Notes: a model not told the origin generated them from the letters alone. Counted from the first letter of the stretch, positions 30,517 to 41,490 are shown. The stretch is DNA of 64,000 nucleotides from an uncultured archaeon (GCA_964388035.1 CAYLZE010000004.1:50486-114485), one strand, 5' to 3'. Numbers and translations are program-made.

Positions 30517-31500
30517 ATGGATGGATCACTAATTACAATTAAATCCCAAAAAGTAAATGAGTATTTGCATCACGTGGATCTTAAAGCTTATGGCGCCCCA
30601 AGAATTCTTTCAGTATACATTGCAGAATTCGATGATGCAACCCTTTTATTTGACTCTGGTTCTTCCTTGGACACTAAAAAACTGGTGAAATACTTAAAGA
30701 AAAAAGAAATTGAGTTATCCACCATTAAATACATAATGACAAGTCATGGCCATTTTGATCACAATGGCGGTTTATGGCAACTGAATGAAATTTTAAAGAA
30801 AGATAATCGTGATTTTAAAATCCTTACAACCGAAAAGACTAAAGAACTCTTGAATAATTTCGAATATCATTTAAATCGTGCGAAGCGTACGTATGGTAAT
30901 TTTGTGGGAATAATGAAGACCATAGAAGAAAATGCATTTAAAATAATAACTCCAAGCGAAGATCCTCACCACCTTGAAATCCTTGACACCTTTCACGTGA
31001 ATGATAGTGAGGTGAATCTTGCTATATTGAGCACACCCGGACACACTCCCGACCATCAATGCCCACTCCTTATCAAGAATGGAAAAGTCGAATTCATGTT
31101 TTTCGGAGAAGCAGTAGGAACTATTTATCACTCCTCTAAATTGGTAACCATGCCCACTTCTATGCCCGTGCTATATAACCATTCCAGTTACATGGCATCC
31201 CTTCAAAAAATAAAGCAATTAATACCTGAAAGGGGGGGATTTAGCCATTTTGGATTAGTGAATGGTCGAGAGAATGTGAAGAAAATAATCGATGAAAATG
31301 AATTCTTTACGGAAGAATTTCGGACCAAGATCATTCAATATTATAATGAAAAGCCCGAAACACGATACGTGGTGGAAAAGATTACGCCGTTATTAATGTC
31401 AAGAACTGATTTAACCACTGAACATAACCCTACTTTCAATGGCATTATCTTGGGAATAGTATATGGGATGATGATGGACTTAGGATATAGAAAAGATTAA
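30517..31500 (+). CDS. Metallo-beta-lactamase-fold hydrolase
   Basis: SHGHFDHNGG, TPGHTPDH, SHFG; ATG 30517 avoids overlap with the upstream gene. Confidence 0.88.
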   Translation: MDGSLITIKSQKVNEYLHHVDLKAYGAPRILSVYIAEFDDATLLFDSGSSLDTKKLVKYLKKKEIELSTIKYIMTSHGHFDHNGGLWQLNEILKKDNRDFKILTTEKTKELLNNFEYHLNRAKRTYGNFVGIMKTIEENAFKIITPSEDPHHLEILDTFHVNDSEVNLAILSTPGHTPDHQCPLLIKNGKVEFMFFGEAVGTIYHSSKLVTMPTSMPVLYNHSSYMASLQKIKQLIPERGGFSHFGLVNGRENVKKIIDENEFFTEEFRTKIIQYYNEKPETRYVVEKITPLLMSRTDLTTEHNPTFNGIILGIVYGMMMDLGYRKD

Positions 31501-31682
31501 AATAATTGGAAATACCTGAATTCTCCTTTGCTAGTTAAATATTTTTTGCCTCTATTCCTCTTCTCCTCTCCTTCTTAAGCAAAAAATCGAAGATGATTTT
31601 TTTACATCTCACCAAACTAAAATTGATAATTAATAAACAATTCTTCTTAACGAATTACTAAATAATCTCATTAAATACTGGA

Positions 31683-32900
31683 GTGGAAAATTTGGAGGAA
31701 TTAGACTGCGATATAATTATCATAGGAGCTAGCATCGCAGGCAATTATTTAGCCTATTTATTATCTAAAAAAAAATACAGAATCATTATAATTGAGGAAC
31801 ATGAAAATATAGGGTTTCCCTTTCAGTGTGCCGGAATAGTCTCCAAAAAAATTAGCCATTTAATTAAGATTCCCTCACATATTATTCTTAATCAAGTGAA
31901 AATAGCAAAGCTAATTTCTCCTTCTGGAACATCTATCAGCCTTAAGGGGGAGGAAAGTCCATATATTTTAGATAGAATCGCACTAGATAAACATTATTAT
32001 AACCAAATAAAAGATTTGAACAACGTGACTTATCTATTAGGGGAAAAATTTAAATCATTTGAATATTATCGCCACGATCATGCTAAATTCCTTCGAGTTA
32101 CTACGTCAAAAAGAACTGTAACGAGTAAGATGCTCATTGGTTGTGATGGACCATTATCTCTTGTAGCAAGGCAATTAGGGATTAAAAATCAGCTTATTTT
32201 TGCTTCCCAAGTAAGAATTAAAGCTGCATTTAATATGAATGAGGCGGTAATGATTTTTCATCCCGCCTGGAAAGAATTATTTGGTTGGATCGTTCCGGAA
32301 GGAAATGGAATTTGCAGAATAGGACTAGCATGCAAGAAACATCCCGCATCCAAATTTAAAAATCTTTTGAAATTTCTCAATTTAAATGAAAAAGAAATCA
32401 TAAATCAACAGGGAGGGATTATTCCTTACGGTATGATGAACCGTTTAGCTTTTGATCATGTTCTATTATTGGGCGATGCTGCAGGGCAAGTAAAGGCCAC
32501 GACAGGAGGAGGAATCATCATGTTATTAACAGCAGCGAAATTTGCACTTCAAAGCATTGAAAAATGTTTTCAACTAAATGATTTTTCTCATTCCATGATA
32601 AAAGAATATTATCAAGATCCTTGTTATAATGAGATAGGATATCAATTAAAGCTTCATTATCTGCTCAGACTCTTGTTGCAAGACTTTACCATGAAGGACT
32701 ATGATTTACTTTTTAAGATCATTAAAACTGCTAAGATTGAACAACTCATAAACCTATATGGTGATATGGATTATCCCAAGGAACTTTTTTTTAAATTAAT
32801 CCGAAATCCAGCTGTTTTACAATTCTTACTTAACTTTCTTGGAAATAAAGCCTATCTCATTCCCAAAATTTTAAAAATTCTAATTAAGAAATTTGGTTAA
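31683..32900 (+). CDS. Geranylgeranyl reductase family flavoprotein
   Basis: IIGASIAG, QCAG, IGCDG, FGWIVP, GDAAGQVKATTGGGI. Confidence 0.88.
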   Translation: MENLEELDCDIIIIGASIAGNYLAYLLSKKKYRIIIIEEHENIGFPFQCAGIVSKKISHLIKIPSHIILNQVKIAKLISPSGTSISLKGEESPYILDRIALDKHYYNQIKDLNNVTYLLGEKFKSFEYYRHDHAKFLRVTTSKRTVTSKMLIGCDGPLSLVARQLGIKNQLIFASQVRIKAAFNMNEAVMIFHPAWKELFGWIVPEGNGICRIGLACKKHPASKFKNLLKFLNLNEKEIINQQGGIIPYGMMNRLAFDHVLLLGDAAGQVKATTGGGIIMLLTAAKFALQSIEKCFQLNDFSHSMIKEYYQDPCYNEIGYQLKLHYLLRLLLQDFTMKDYDLLFKIIKTAKIEQLINLYGDMDYPKELFFKLIRNPAVLQFLLNFLGNKAYLIPKILKILIKKFG

Positions 32901-32944
32901 TTGGATATATTATACCTTAATTGAATTCATGTAAAGGAGGGTTT

Positions 32945-33520
32945 TTATTTAAGATCGGTAAATCTCGATACCATTTCATGACATAATGCTTGAAAAACAT
33001 CTTCTACTTGTTTTCCCGATTTGGAGGAACACTCGATAAATTTAAACATGCCATGAGATTCACAAAATGCTTGAGCCTGTTCGATATCGACCGACCGATT
33101 CACCTCAAGATCTAACTTGCTTCCTACTAAAATAAGCGGAATCATTTTCCGTCTTTCATATGCTTTTCTTAAAATAGAATACCAATTTTCAAGATTTAAC
33201 AAACTACTATACCGAGTAATGTCATATACAAATATCCCTCCATTCGCGCCCTCTACGTAGCCAGGAATGAGGAAGCGAAAGCGATCCTCGCCAGCAAAAT
33301 CCCACAACTGGAGATAAACTTCTACTCCTTCAACATGTAAAACTCTCGATTTGAAATCCACACCGATTGTCATTTTGTAGGAATCTCTAAAAGTCCCAGT
33401 AATATATCGATTGATTAATGTGGTCTTGCCAACCCCCCCGTCTCCAAAAATGCATATCTTAAAAAAAGCGGTTCTCTCTTCTTTCTTTTGCTTATATACC
33501 TTTTCTCTGCTTCTTGGGAT
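32945..33520 (-). CDS. Rab-like small GTPase, 191 aa, apparent non-canonical ATC start
   Basis: Frame of the track ORF (32945-33373) extends upstream through KICIFGDGGVGKT; TIGVDF, LQLWDFAGEDRF, GSKLD, CSSK; GAGGTG lies 8 nt before ATC 33520. Confidence 0.8.
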   Translation of the reverse strand: MPRSREKVYKQKKEERTAFFKICIFGDGGVGKTTLINRYITGTFRDSYKMTIGVDFKSRVLHVEGVEVYLQLWDFAGEDRFRFLIPGYVEGANGGIFVYDITRYSSLLNLENWYSILRKAYERRKMIPLILVGSKLDLEVNRSVDIEQAQAFCESHGMFKFIECSSKSGKQVEDVFQALCHEMVSRFTDLK

Positions 33521-33744
33521 GTCTCTAACACCTCGTCTAATATACTAAAATAGAAAAATATTCTTATTTATTTTTAATTTAGTTCCGTGACTATAGATTA
33601 AAAAGTATTTATATAATAAAATTTTTTGTTTATCCCTCTTTTAAGAGATACTACTTAGAGGAAAATGATACCATGTTGAAAACCATTGAATTTTCTGCTT
33701 TTATACTTTTTCGCCGCTTATCATTCTATGCGTACGAAGGAACC

Positions 33745-34245
33745 TCATTTTAATACAAAATCTGAAGGATCAAAAGTCTCCGAGAAATACTCTTGAATGA
33801 AAAAAACCACGTTCATCGTGCTGCTATAGACACGTCGAATGGATTGGAATAAATGATTAATCGATATGGTCCTGTCTTCAATAAAAATTTTATCAATTAA
33901 TACAATCGTGTAATGTTGTGAAAAATCATAGGAATAATCTATTTCTGAGCGAAATAAAATTTTTTGTAAATTTTTTGAAAAAGCAACTTTATCTCGTTGC
34001 TCTAAAGCGTTGAATGCCTGCCGATGTTGCGGAGATAAGGATGTACCTAACGTGATTTCAATGTAATGTTTCCCTTTCGGTTGAGTGACCATCATGAGTC
34101 GCCCCCGCTCATTTGGATATAAAAATCGAAACCCAAAATCAAAACGAGAATCCTTAATCTCTTCTTTTAATAATCCTCCAATATCCAGAATATATCCTCG
34201 AATCGTATCCTTGAAATTAGATTGTGCACTCGACATGCCATCCAT
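33745..34245 (-). CDS. Conserved archaeal hypothetical protein (DUF2299-like)
   Basis: Size and motifs (LSPQHRQAF, DKIFIED) recall DUF2299; recognised by eye only. Confidence 0.55.
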   Translation of the reverse strand: MDGMSSAQSNFKDTIRGYILDIGGLLKEEIKDSRFDFGFRFLYPNERGRLMMVTQPKGKHYIEITLGTSLSPQHRQAFNALEQRDKVAFSKNLQKILFRSEIDYSYDFSQHYTIVLIDKIFIEDRTISINHLFQSIRRVYSSTMNVVFFIQEYFSETFDPSDFVLK

Positions 34246-34440
34246 CTTATAATTCTTGTAGATTAACCTTTTTTGAAATCGTATCTAAATGAGAAACGTA
34301 CTGTAATAATAATAAAGTCTTCCTATAAATATTATTATTAAATTGAACATGTGCCGTATTAAAGCTTCTTTGAAAGAATAACTACTAAGAAGAAGATAGA
34401 ACGAGGAATTTTGAATTGTAATGTCTAATGAAGCAGAAGA

Positions 34441-34974
34441 TTAAAATATTATTTTCCTTACTAAAGATTGAGCTAAATCAAAAAAGATATCCTCAACATT
34501 CTCTCCTGTTTTTGAGGAGCATTCTATGAGCTTAACTAAATCATAGTCTTTTACATAACTTTTTGCTTGTTCTGCCTCAACAGCCCTATAATTTTCTAAA
34601 TCTAATTTGCCCCCGACTAATATAATGGGAAAAAGCGTTGATTCTCCATATCCATCCTTAATAACTGAATACCAATTGGTTATATTCAATAAACTGCTCA
34701 TTCGCGTGATATCGTACATGAAAATTCCCCCTGAGGCGCCCGCAACATAATCCTGCATTAAGAAGCGAAATCTGTCCTCGCCTGCTAGATCCCAAATTTG
34801 AAGATATACCAGATAATCATCAATTTGAATAATCTTTGATCTAAAATCTACCCCAATGGTCAGCTCAAAAGAGTCATCAAATAAACCTGTAACATATCTA
34901 TTAATGAGCGTGGTTTTTCCTACTCCGCCGTCTCCAAAAATGCATATCTTAAAGCGCAAATCAGGTTGCTGCAT
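34441..34974 (-). CDS. Rab-like small GTPase
   Basis: GDGGVGKT, TIGVDF, LQIWDLAGEDRF, GGKLD, CSSKTGENV. Confidence 0.92.
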   Translation of the reverse strand: MQQPDLRFKICIFGDGGVGKTTLINRYVTGLFDDSFELTIGVDFRSKIIQIDDYLVYLQIWDLAGEDRFRFLMQDYVAGASGGIFMYDITRMSSLLNITNWYSVIKDGYGESTLFPIILVGGKLDLENYRAVEAEQAKSYVKDYDLVKLIECSSKTGENVEDIFFDLAQSLVRKIIF

Positions 34975-35211
34975 TTTCCTCTAATATGACCTTATTTACA
35001 ATAAAAATAATATGATTATAACAATCTAATATATTGTTAAAATAAAATAAAAATATAAATTTAAGCTTTTTTCCTCACGGGTTTTCTTAATTCCTTAATT
35101 TTCACGGGAAAAAAACGATTTTCAAGTGTGATGTTGTCTTACTTAAATGACATAGCCATTTTCAAAAATCTTTCTTTCTCTCCAAAAAAAAATCAACAAA
35201 CTTTTCTTTAG

Positions 35212-35671
35212 AAGAGTAAAGAAAGGACCAGACAAGAATTATTTAAGAGCCAAGATAGAGAGCAACAATTTTATGAAGCTTGGGCAGAAGTCATCACTGA
35301 AGATCTTGCTAATAATCCCGATAGCGCAGTTAGTTATTACAGACCGATATTTACGGGAAAAGATGCAGTTGATATATCGATAGATCAAGTTAGAGCCGCC
35401 GTGTTAAATACTATATTAGGGTCTCCCGAAACTGCTTTTACTTACTTTGGGAATGTTAACTTTTTCCGAAAGCAATGATTTCAATAAACACATTGAAATC
35501 GATTTTCTATATCATCAATACATGGAACAAGTGAGTCTATTAAAAGATTTCGTAGACGTACCTAAGTTTGCGCTAAAATATCAACATGGAAGTGATTTAA
35601 AATACTCATCATCCCCGCAATGTAATACTAAAAATGAACAACATGCCACAAAATTAAATTCATATAGTTAA
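35212..35671 (+). pseudogene. Possible degraded gene fragment
   Basis: Open stretch 35212-35478 with no usable 5' start (ERTRQELFKSQDREQQFYEAWAEVITEDLANNPD...) overlapping ORF 35447-35671 in another frame. Confidence 0.3.
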
Positions 35672-35899
35672 GAGAACGGTGAACATATAAAGATGATAAT
35701 TTTAGAATATATTTCAAAATATTAAAAAAAAACATGGCACTAAAGCTGAATCGTTAAAAAATGCAAAAATATTGAAAAAATCATATTTTTCATAATTTTT
35801 ATAAAACATATCAAATTTCTCATCATAAGATTGATTCTCATTGAAGAAATAATTTACAATAATGTAAAAACCTATTTTTAACAATACAGAAATTATTTC

Positions 35900-38005
35900 G
35901 TGATCATGTTGTTTCAAGACTTTAATTTTAATACAGTCGGAAATCAATTTATTTTAATTTATTGGCTATTTTTTGCGTTGACCCTCATCCTTTCGCTTTT
36001 TGGTTTTATTTATATTTTTTGGATAATCAAAAAGTTAAATAAGTTGGATAGTGGAACCGAAGAGATGATTAGGATTCACGATATCATTAAATCTGGCTCA
36101 AAAGCTTTTTTAAAGCGACAATATAGAACGGTAATCATTGTATTAGTGATTATTACCGCAATTCTATTTTTTATAAGCATGCCAATGGCAATTTCGTTTA
36201 TTATCGGAGCAGTTTGTTCCATCATCGCAAGTTATATTAGCATGTTTTCTTCTACCATGGCAAATGTAAAAGTAACACAAGCTTGTAAAAAAAGCATTAA
36301 AGATGCCTTAAAAATTGGCTTTGATTCGGGCTTGGTTACTGGTATTGCAGTAATATCCACTTCGTTACTGGGAATTTGTTTATTATACCTTTTTTTTGAT
36401 TTAACTATTTCTCTTATCGTCGGATTCGCATTTGGAGCATCCTTTTCCGCATTATTTGCCCAGTTAGGAGGTGGAATTTTTACCAAGGGTGCAGATATCG
36501 GAGCAGATATCGTGGGAAAGTTGGAAGAAAGACTACCAGAAGATGATTATCGGAATCCGGCAGTTATAGCCGATAACGTGGGAGACAATGTTGGTGATTG
36601 TGCGGGAAGAGGAGCCGATCTTTTTGAATCTTCTTCGGCAAATAATATTGGTGCCATGATCATCGGTGTTACCATAAGCGTGCTGTTGAATAATCCTCTA
36701 TTTATTATTTTCTCATTGATATCAAGAGCTCTTGGAAATTTTGCTGCCATTATAGGTGGTCATTTCGTAAAAATGGAAGATGAGAATTCGGATCCTGTCA
36801 AGGCATTTGGACGAGGGTTGATTACAACTTCAGTTTTTTGTTTTATTTTCTTTTTTTTCTTGACTTGGATTTCCTTTGGATCGTATTGGTGGATTCTATT
36901 TATTTGTTCGACGGTTGGAATTTTATTGGGTATTTCAACTTATTTTATCATAAATTACTATACCTCTTCTAAATTTCGACCTGTTCGAGAGATCATACGA
37001 AGTTCGGAAACGGGACCCGCAACTAATGTTATAAATGGGTTCGCAGTAGGTTTGGAATCTACTATCCTTCCCATCATTACTTACGTTCTTGGAATTCTTA
37101 TTTGTTTTGCGTTAGGATACAGTTATGGAGGCTTTTCTGGAATTGACCCATTTACTGCGGGAGTATATGGGGTGACGGTTGCAACGATGGGATTATTGGC
37201 AATGACTACCATCATTTTAGGGTTTGATGGGTTTGGTCCCGTTTCAGATAACGCTGCAGGGATCGCTGAAATGACGCATTTGGGAAGAGACGTTCGGGAA
37301 AATCTGGATCGATTAGATTCCTTGGGCAATACGACGAAAGCATTAGCAAAAGGATTCGGAATGACCTGTGCGGCATTATCTGCAATTGTTTTATATGAGG
37401 CGTATTTAGAAGAAACGCATCTAATTGATATCAATATTTACCATCCCATCATCATGGTCTCTTTATTAATAGGAGCTGCAACCCCCTATTACTTTTCGTC
37501 CTTAGCAATTAGGGCCACGGGAAAGTCCGCATATGCGATGATCAAAGAAATCCGTGAGCAATTCGTCAAAGATCCGGGCATTCTCGCAGGTACTTCCTCT
37601 CCGGATTATGAAAGTTGTATTGATATTGCTACTAAAGTCTCGCTAAAACAGATGATTTTTCCCGCGTTAATTTCAGTGATCACGCCTTTACTATTAGGCT
37701 TTTTATTTGGAACTGCCGCAATAGCTGCTTTTTTAATTTCAGGGACAATTTCGGGGATTTTATTAGGATTTTTGATGAATACTGGCGGGGGAGCTTTAGA
37801 TAATGCTAAAAAAGCCATTGAAGCTGGGGAATTGGGAGGTAAAGGAACTACGGCCCACGCAGCAGCGATTGTGGGAGATACGTTTGGTGACCCTTTAAAA
37901 GATACGGCGGGTCCGTCCCTTCACGTGTTTATCAAGGTAATTAACACAATTTCCATTACTTTTGCTCCTTTCTTTCTCTTATATGGAGCTTTAATCGTAT
38001 TTTAA
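35900..38005 (+). CDS. hppA: Membrane-bound proton-translocating pyrophosphatase, K+-independent type
   Basis: GGGIFTKGADIGAD, EDDYRNPAVIADNVGDNVGD, GPVSDNAAG, GNTTKA, GDTFGDPLKDTAGP. Confidence 0.93.
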   Translation: MIMLFQDFNFNTVGNQFILIYWLFFALTLILSLFGFIYIFWIIKKLNKLDSGTEEMIRIHDIIKSGSKAFLKRQYRTVIIVLVIITAILFFISMPMAISFIIGAVCSIIASYISMFSSTMANVKVTQACKKSIKDALKIGFDSGLVTGIAVISTSLLGICLLYLFFDLTISLIVGFAFGASFSALFAQLGGGIFTKGADIGADIVGKLEERLPEDDYRNPAVIADNVGDNVGDCAGRGADLFESSSANNIGAMIIGVTISVLLNNPLFIIFSLISRALGNFAAIIGGHFVKMEDENSDPVKAFGRGLITTSVFCFIFFFFLTWISFGSYWWILFICSTVGILLGISTYFIINYYTSSKFRPVREIIRSSETGPATNVINGFAVGLESTILPIITYVLGILICFALGYSYGGFSGIDPFTAGVYGVTVATMGLLAMTTIILGFDGFGPVSDNAAGIAEMTHLGRDVRENLDRLDSLGNTTKALAKGFGMTCAALSAIVLYEAYLEETHLIDINIYHPIIMVSLLIGAATPYYFSSLAIRATGKSAYAMIKEIREQFVKDPGILAGTSSPDYESCIDIATKVSLKQMIFPALISVITPLLLGFLFGTAAIAAFLISGTISGILLGFLMNTGGGALDNAKKAIEAGELGGKGTTAHAAAIVGDTFGDPLKDTAGPSLHVFIKVINTISITFAPFFLLYGALIVF

Positions 38006-38028
38006 CTTGTTCATTGAGGTGGAAAAAA

Positions 38029-38502
38029 ATGTCAATTTTTAAAAAAATTTTGGTGGCTGTGGACGGGTCTGATGATAGTTATGAAGCAATACAATATGCG
38101 ATTAAAATCGCAGAACCCATGGAATCACACCTGGTCTTTTTATATATAATTACTGAGGATTATATTAAAAAAATTTATAGAGGAGAAGCGGAAATTAAAA
38201 AATCCTTAAGCCAAGTGGATGACATCATGCTTCTTCAAGCCAGAACGGAAGAAATTGGAAAAGCTGTTTTTAAAAGAATAGAGGATTATCTAAAGGAGCA
38301 AAATATTTCAATAAGTTTCGAGTTCAAGATGAGGAATGGAGACCCCAGAACAGAAATTGTGAGTGAAATCAACGAAACTCCTTATGATTTATGCGTTTTG
38401 GGAGCAAGATCCGCCAGTAGATCCTTCACCACGGTATTTGGTCGAATTTCAGATTATGTTATTAAAAATACGAAAATCCCAATTCTAATGATTCGAGCAT
38501 AA
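38029..38502 (+). CDS. Universal stress protein (UspA family)
   Basis: KKILVAVDGS, GDP, VLGA, FGRISDYV; ATG after GAGGTG. Confidence 0.9.
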   Translation: MSIFKKILVAVDGSDDSYEAIQYAIKIAEPMESHLVFLYIITEDYIKKIYRGEAEIKKSLSQVDDIMLLQARTEEIGKAVFKRIEDYLKEQNISISFEFKMRNGDPRTEIVSEINETPYDLCVLGARSASRSFTTVFGRISDYVIKNTKIPILMIRA

Positions 38503-38706
38503 ATCAAACTATAACGAATTTCTAAGAAATTAAGAATTAAATTTATTTTGTACTTTCTCTTTATTCTATTAAATTACTAATATTCACTACTCTTATACAT
38601 GTAAAAGCATCATTCTTTAAATTGGGAAAAGATGACCCATTTTATCTTTTTTGGATAAAAAGTTACAACTCTTTAATTAACACCTGAAATGATATTTTTC
38701 TTCTAT

Positions 38707-39075
38707 TCATGGGGGATGCAAAGTAAAAAAAGCAATATTTCCGGTAAGGATGAAAAATATAATCATGAACGCGATAATGGCTAAATCGGTAATTAAACCA
38801 ACGATTTTAAGGCCTTTTGGAATTCCTAAATCGTCGTTTTTCCTCTGAATAAATGCCCTTACCATAGCGATAAGAAAGATGATTCCTACTAAAATTGAAA
38901 TAATATATAAAAAAATCGCAAACAATGCGTAAGTATAAATGGGACTGCCGTTTAAGGTTATATTGTTTAGAAACATCCAAAATGATACAATTAAATAGGT
39001 AGGAATTGCCAGATAAATTAATCCACTAATTAAAAAGATAAACCCCCATGCGATACCTTTAAGGGAAGTATTCAT
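38707..39075 (-). CDS. Small hypothetical membrane protein (about 3 TM)
   Basis: Three hydrophobic segments in 122 aa. Confidence 0.7.
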   Translation of the reverse strand: MNTSLKGIAWGFIFLISGLIYLAIPTYLIVSFWMFLNNITLNGSPIYTYALFAIFLYIISILVGIIFLIAMVRAFIQRKNDDLGIPKGLKIVGLITDLAIIAFMIIFFILTGNIAFFTLHPP

Positions 39076-39516
39076 TTCTCACAACCTTTATCTAGTTATT
39101 TAATAAGAAGTAAGTACAATTCATTAATTTATTGCTTGAATGGTAATATATTTAAAATATTAAAAATATTTTTCTCATTGGTTTAAAATATAGACTTGCT
39201 AGATTTTCACTTAATTTTATAATAATGTTAAAATAACACGCTTTCAGATAATTGTTGCTTTTTCGGAAATAATATTGTGAACATGTAATTTACTTACCCC
39301 ACATCAAAGAAGTGATTCACTGTGAAAAGGATGATTATAAAATCTTCCTTATCATTCCATCATTTTTAATAAAGTGATGATGTTAAATTCTAAAGAAATG
39401 AAAATTTTAAGGGAAATAAAATTTTAACTCTTGTAGATATCTGGTTATTTTACAATAATGATGGAAATCGAGATAATTTATTATTTTATTCAGAAATTAT
39501 GTAAAGATTCTAATTA

Positions 39517-40674
39517 GTGATCAACTTGGATTTTGAATTAACAGATCAGCAGAAACTCATCAAAAGGAGTGTTAAGAACTTTGCAGAAGATGTGCTAGCT
39601 CCCATGGCGCCGGTATTCGATCGAGAAGCTAAATTTAGCTGGGATATTGCAGAAAGATTGTCAGAAATTAATGCATGGGGTATACAGCTTCCTGAGAAAT
39701 TCGGAGGATCTGAATTAGATTCCATTAGCTATGTCATTGTTATAGAAGAAATCTCTAGAATTTGCGCCTCGACAGGCTTGACTCTCACGGTTCATAATTC
39801 CGTAGGTGCATATCCCATCTTAAAATGGGGTACGGAAGAACAAAAGGAGAAATATCTTTATGATTTAGCCAAAGGAAAAAAAATATCGGGATTTTCTTGG
39901 ACAGAACCAAATGCTGGTTCAGATGCTGCTGGAATAGAATCAAAAGCTGTTCAAGAAGGTGATGTGTTTATCTTAAATGGGTCGAAAATATTTGTTACAA
40001 ACGGAGGGATCGGGTCAGTAATGCTAATAGGTGCAAATTATGAAACTTCAAAAGGAGACAAGGGAATTGGTGTATTTATCGTTGAAAAAGATATGAAAGG
40101 ATATGAAATTGGGCCCCCCGAAGATAAATTAGGAATGCGGGGTAATATTACTACCAGTCTTTATTTTCACGATGTAAGAATTCCGGAAGAGAACGTGTTA
40201 GGTAGTCTTACGGAGGGATTCAGAATTGCAATGAATACACTAGATATAGGGCGGATTGGCATTGCAGCACAAGCCTTAGGAATTGCACGAGCTGCATACG
40301 AACATTCCGTGGAATATTCTAAGGGACGCATTCAATTTGGAAAACCCATTTCTAACTTTCAAGGCATTTCTTTTAAATTAGCGGAAATGTCCACTAAAAT
40401 TGATGCTGCACGCCTACTCGTGTATAATGCTGCTTTTCTTAAAGATACGAAATCAAACTTTTCTAAAGCGTCCGCAACCTGCAAATTTTATGCTAGCAAG
40501 ATTGCGCGAGAAATTTCTCAAGAAGCCATCCAGATTCACGGAGGGTATGGCTACATGAAAGATTTACCTCTAGAGCGCTATTATAGAGATGCAAAGGTAA
40601 CCGAATTGTATGAAGGCACGAGTGAGATCATGAAATTGATTATATCCCGAGAATTGTTAAGAGGAAATTTATGA
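39517..40674 (+). CDS. Acyl-CoA (butyryl-CoA-type) dehydrogenase
   Basis: TEPNAGSDA, NGSKIFVTNG, GRIGIAAQALG, QIHGGYGY, YEGTSEI. Confidence 0.93.
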   Translation: MINLDFELTDQQKLIKRSVKNFAEDVLAPMAPVFDREAKFSWDIAERLSEINAWGIQLPEKFGGSELDSISYVIVIEEISRICASTGLTLTVHNSVGAYPILKWGTEEQKEKYLYDLAKGKKISGFSWTEPNAGSDAAGIESKAVQEGDVFILNGSKIFVTNGGIGSVMLIGANYETSKGDKGIGVFIVEKDMKGYEIGPPEDKLGMRGNITTSLYFHDVRIPEENVLGSLTEGFRIAMNTLDIGRIGIAAQALGIARAAYEHSVEYSKGRIQFGKPISNFQGISFKLAEMSTKIDAARLLVYNAAFLKDTKSNFSKASATCKFYASKIAREISQEAIQIHGGYGYMKDLPLERYYRDAKVTELYEGTSEIMKLIISRELLRGNL

Positions 40675-41489
40675 CAATGAGCTTAAAATTTTTTGTACTA
40701 ATCAAACAAGTCCCTTCCACACAAAATTTAAAAATTGACAAGAAAAAAGGGACCATCATTAGAGAAGGAATTGAAAATATTATTAATCCTGATGATCTAT
40801 ATGCCTTAGAATTGGGTATTAGTTTAAGAGAACAATATGGTGGTAAAGTCACCGCAATGACCATGGGACCTCCTCAAGCAGAATTAGCCTTACGAGAAGC
40901 ACTTGCCATGGGGGTGGATGATGCCATTTTGATTTCGGATCCCATATTTGCATATTCAGATACCCTGCAGACAACGCTGGTGCTTAAGGAAGCTTTTAAT
41001 CTCATTGAGGAATATGATATCATAATCACGGGAAGCAGAACTTCAGATTCCAGCACGGGACAAGTTCCTTTTCAATTATCGGAAGCACTTGATATTCCCT
41101 TAATCACGGATATTTTTTCCATGTCACTTGAAAACAATATCCTAAAAGCTCATAGAAATTTTGGACATGAATCTCAAAACATCGTTGTCAAATTTCCTAT
41201 ATTGATAAAGGTTGTTCGTCACTTTAATAAGCCCAGACATGTATCTTTATTGGGGATTAAAAGAGCTTTCGAAAAAAAAATACAGATTATAAATTTTAAT
41301 ACTTTAAATTGCCCTGCTCATTTGGATGGATGCAATCAATCCCCAACAAAAGTGGTTAAAATCGTTGAGATAACGCACGAAAGGAAAAATGAATTTATTC
41401 AAGGCAATGTCAATGAAAAATTAACTAAATTAATCACATTAATGAAAGAACATGGAATTGAGAAAACATGGACGGGAGGGAAAAATTAG
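40671..41489 (+). CDS. etfB: Electron transfer flavoprotein beta subunit
   Basis: IKQVP, INPDD, MGPPQA, SDTLQT, DSSTGQV. Confidence 0.92.
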   Translation: MTMSLKFFVLIKQVPSTQNLKIDKKKGTIIREGIENIINPDDLYALELGISLREQYGGKVTAMTMGPPQAELALREALAMGVDDAILISDPIFAYSDTLQTTLVLKEAFNLIEEYDIIITGSRTSDSSTGQVPFQLSEALDIPLITDIFSMSLENNILKAHRNFGHESQNIVVKFPILIKVVRHFNKPRHVSLLGIKRAFEKKIQIINFNTLNCPAHLDGCNQSPTKVVKIVEITHERKNEFIQGNVNEKLTKLITLMKEHGIEKTWTGGKN

Positions 41490-41490
41490 A

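Noticed and set aside
35067-35117. TCACGGG direct repeat bracketed by T and A tracts upstream of the Rab gene
   Set aside because: Short and low-complexity; plausible by chance in AT-rich DNA
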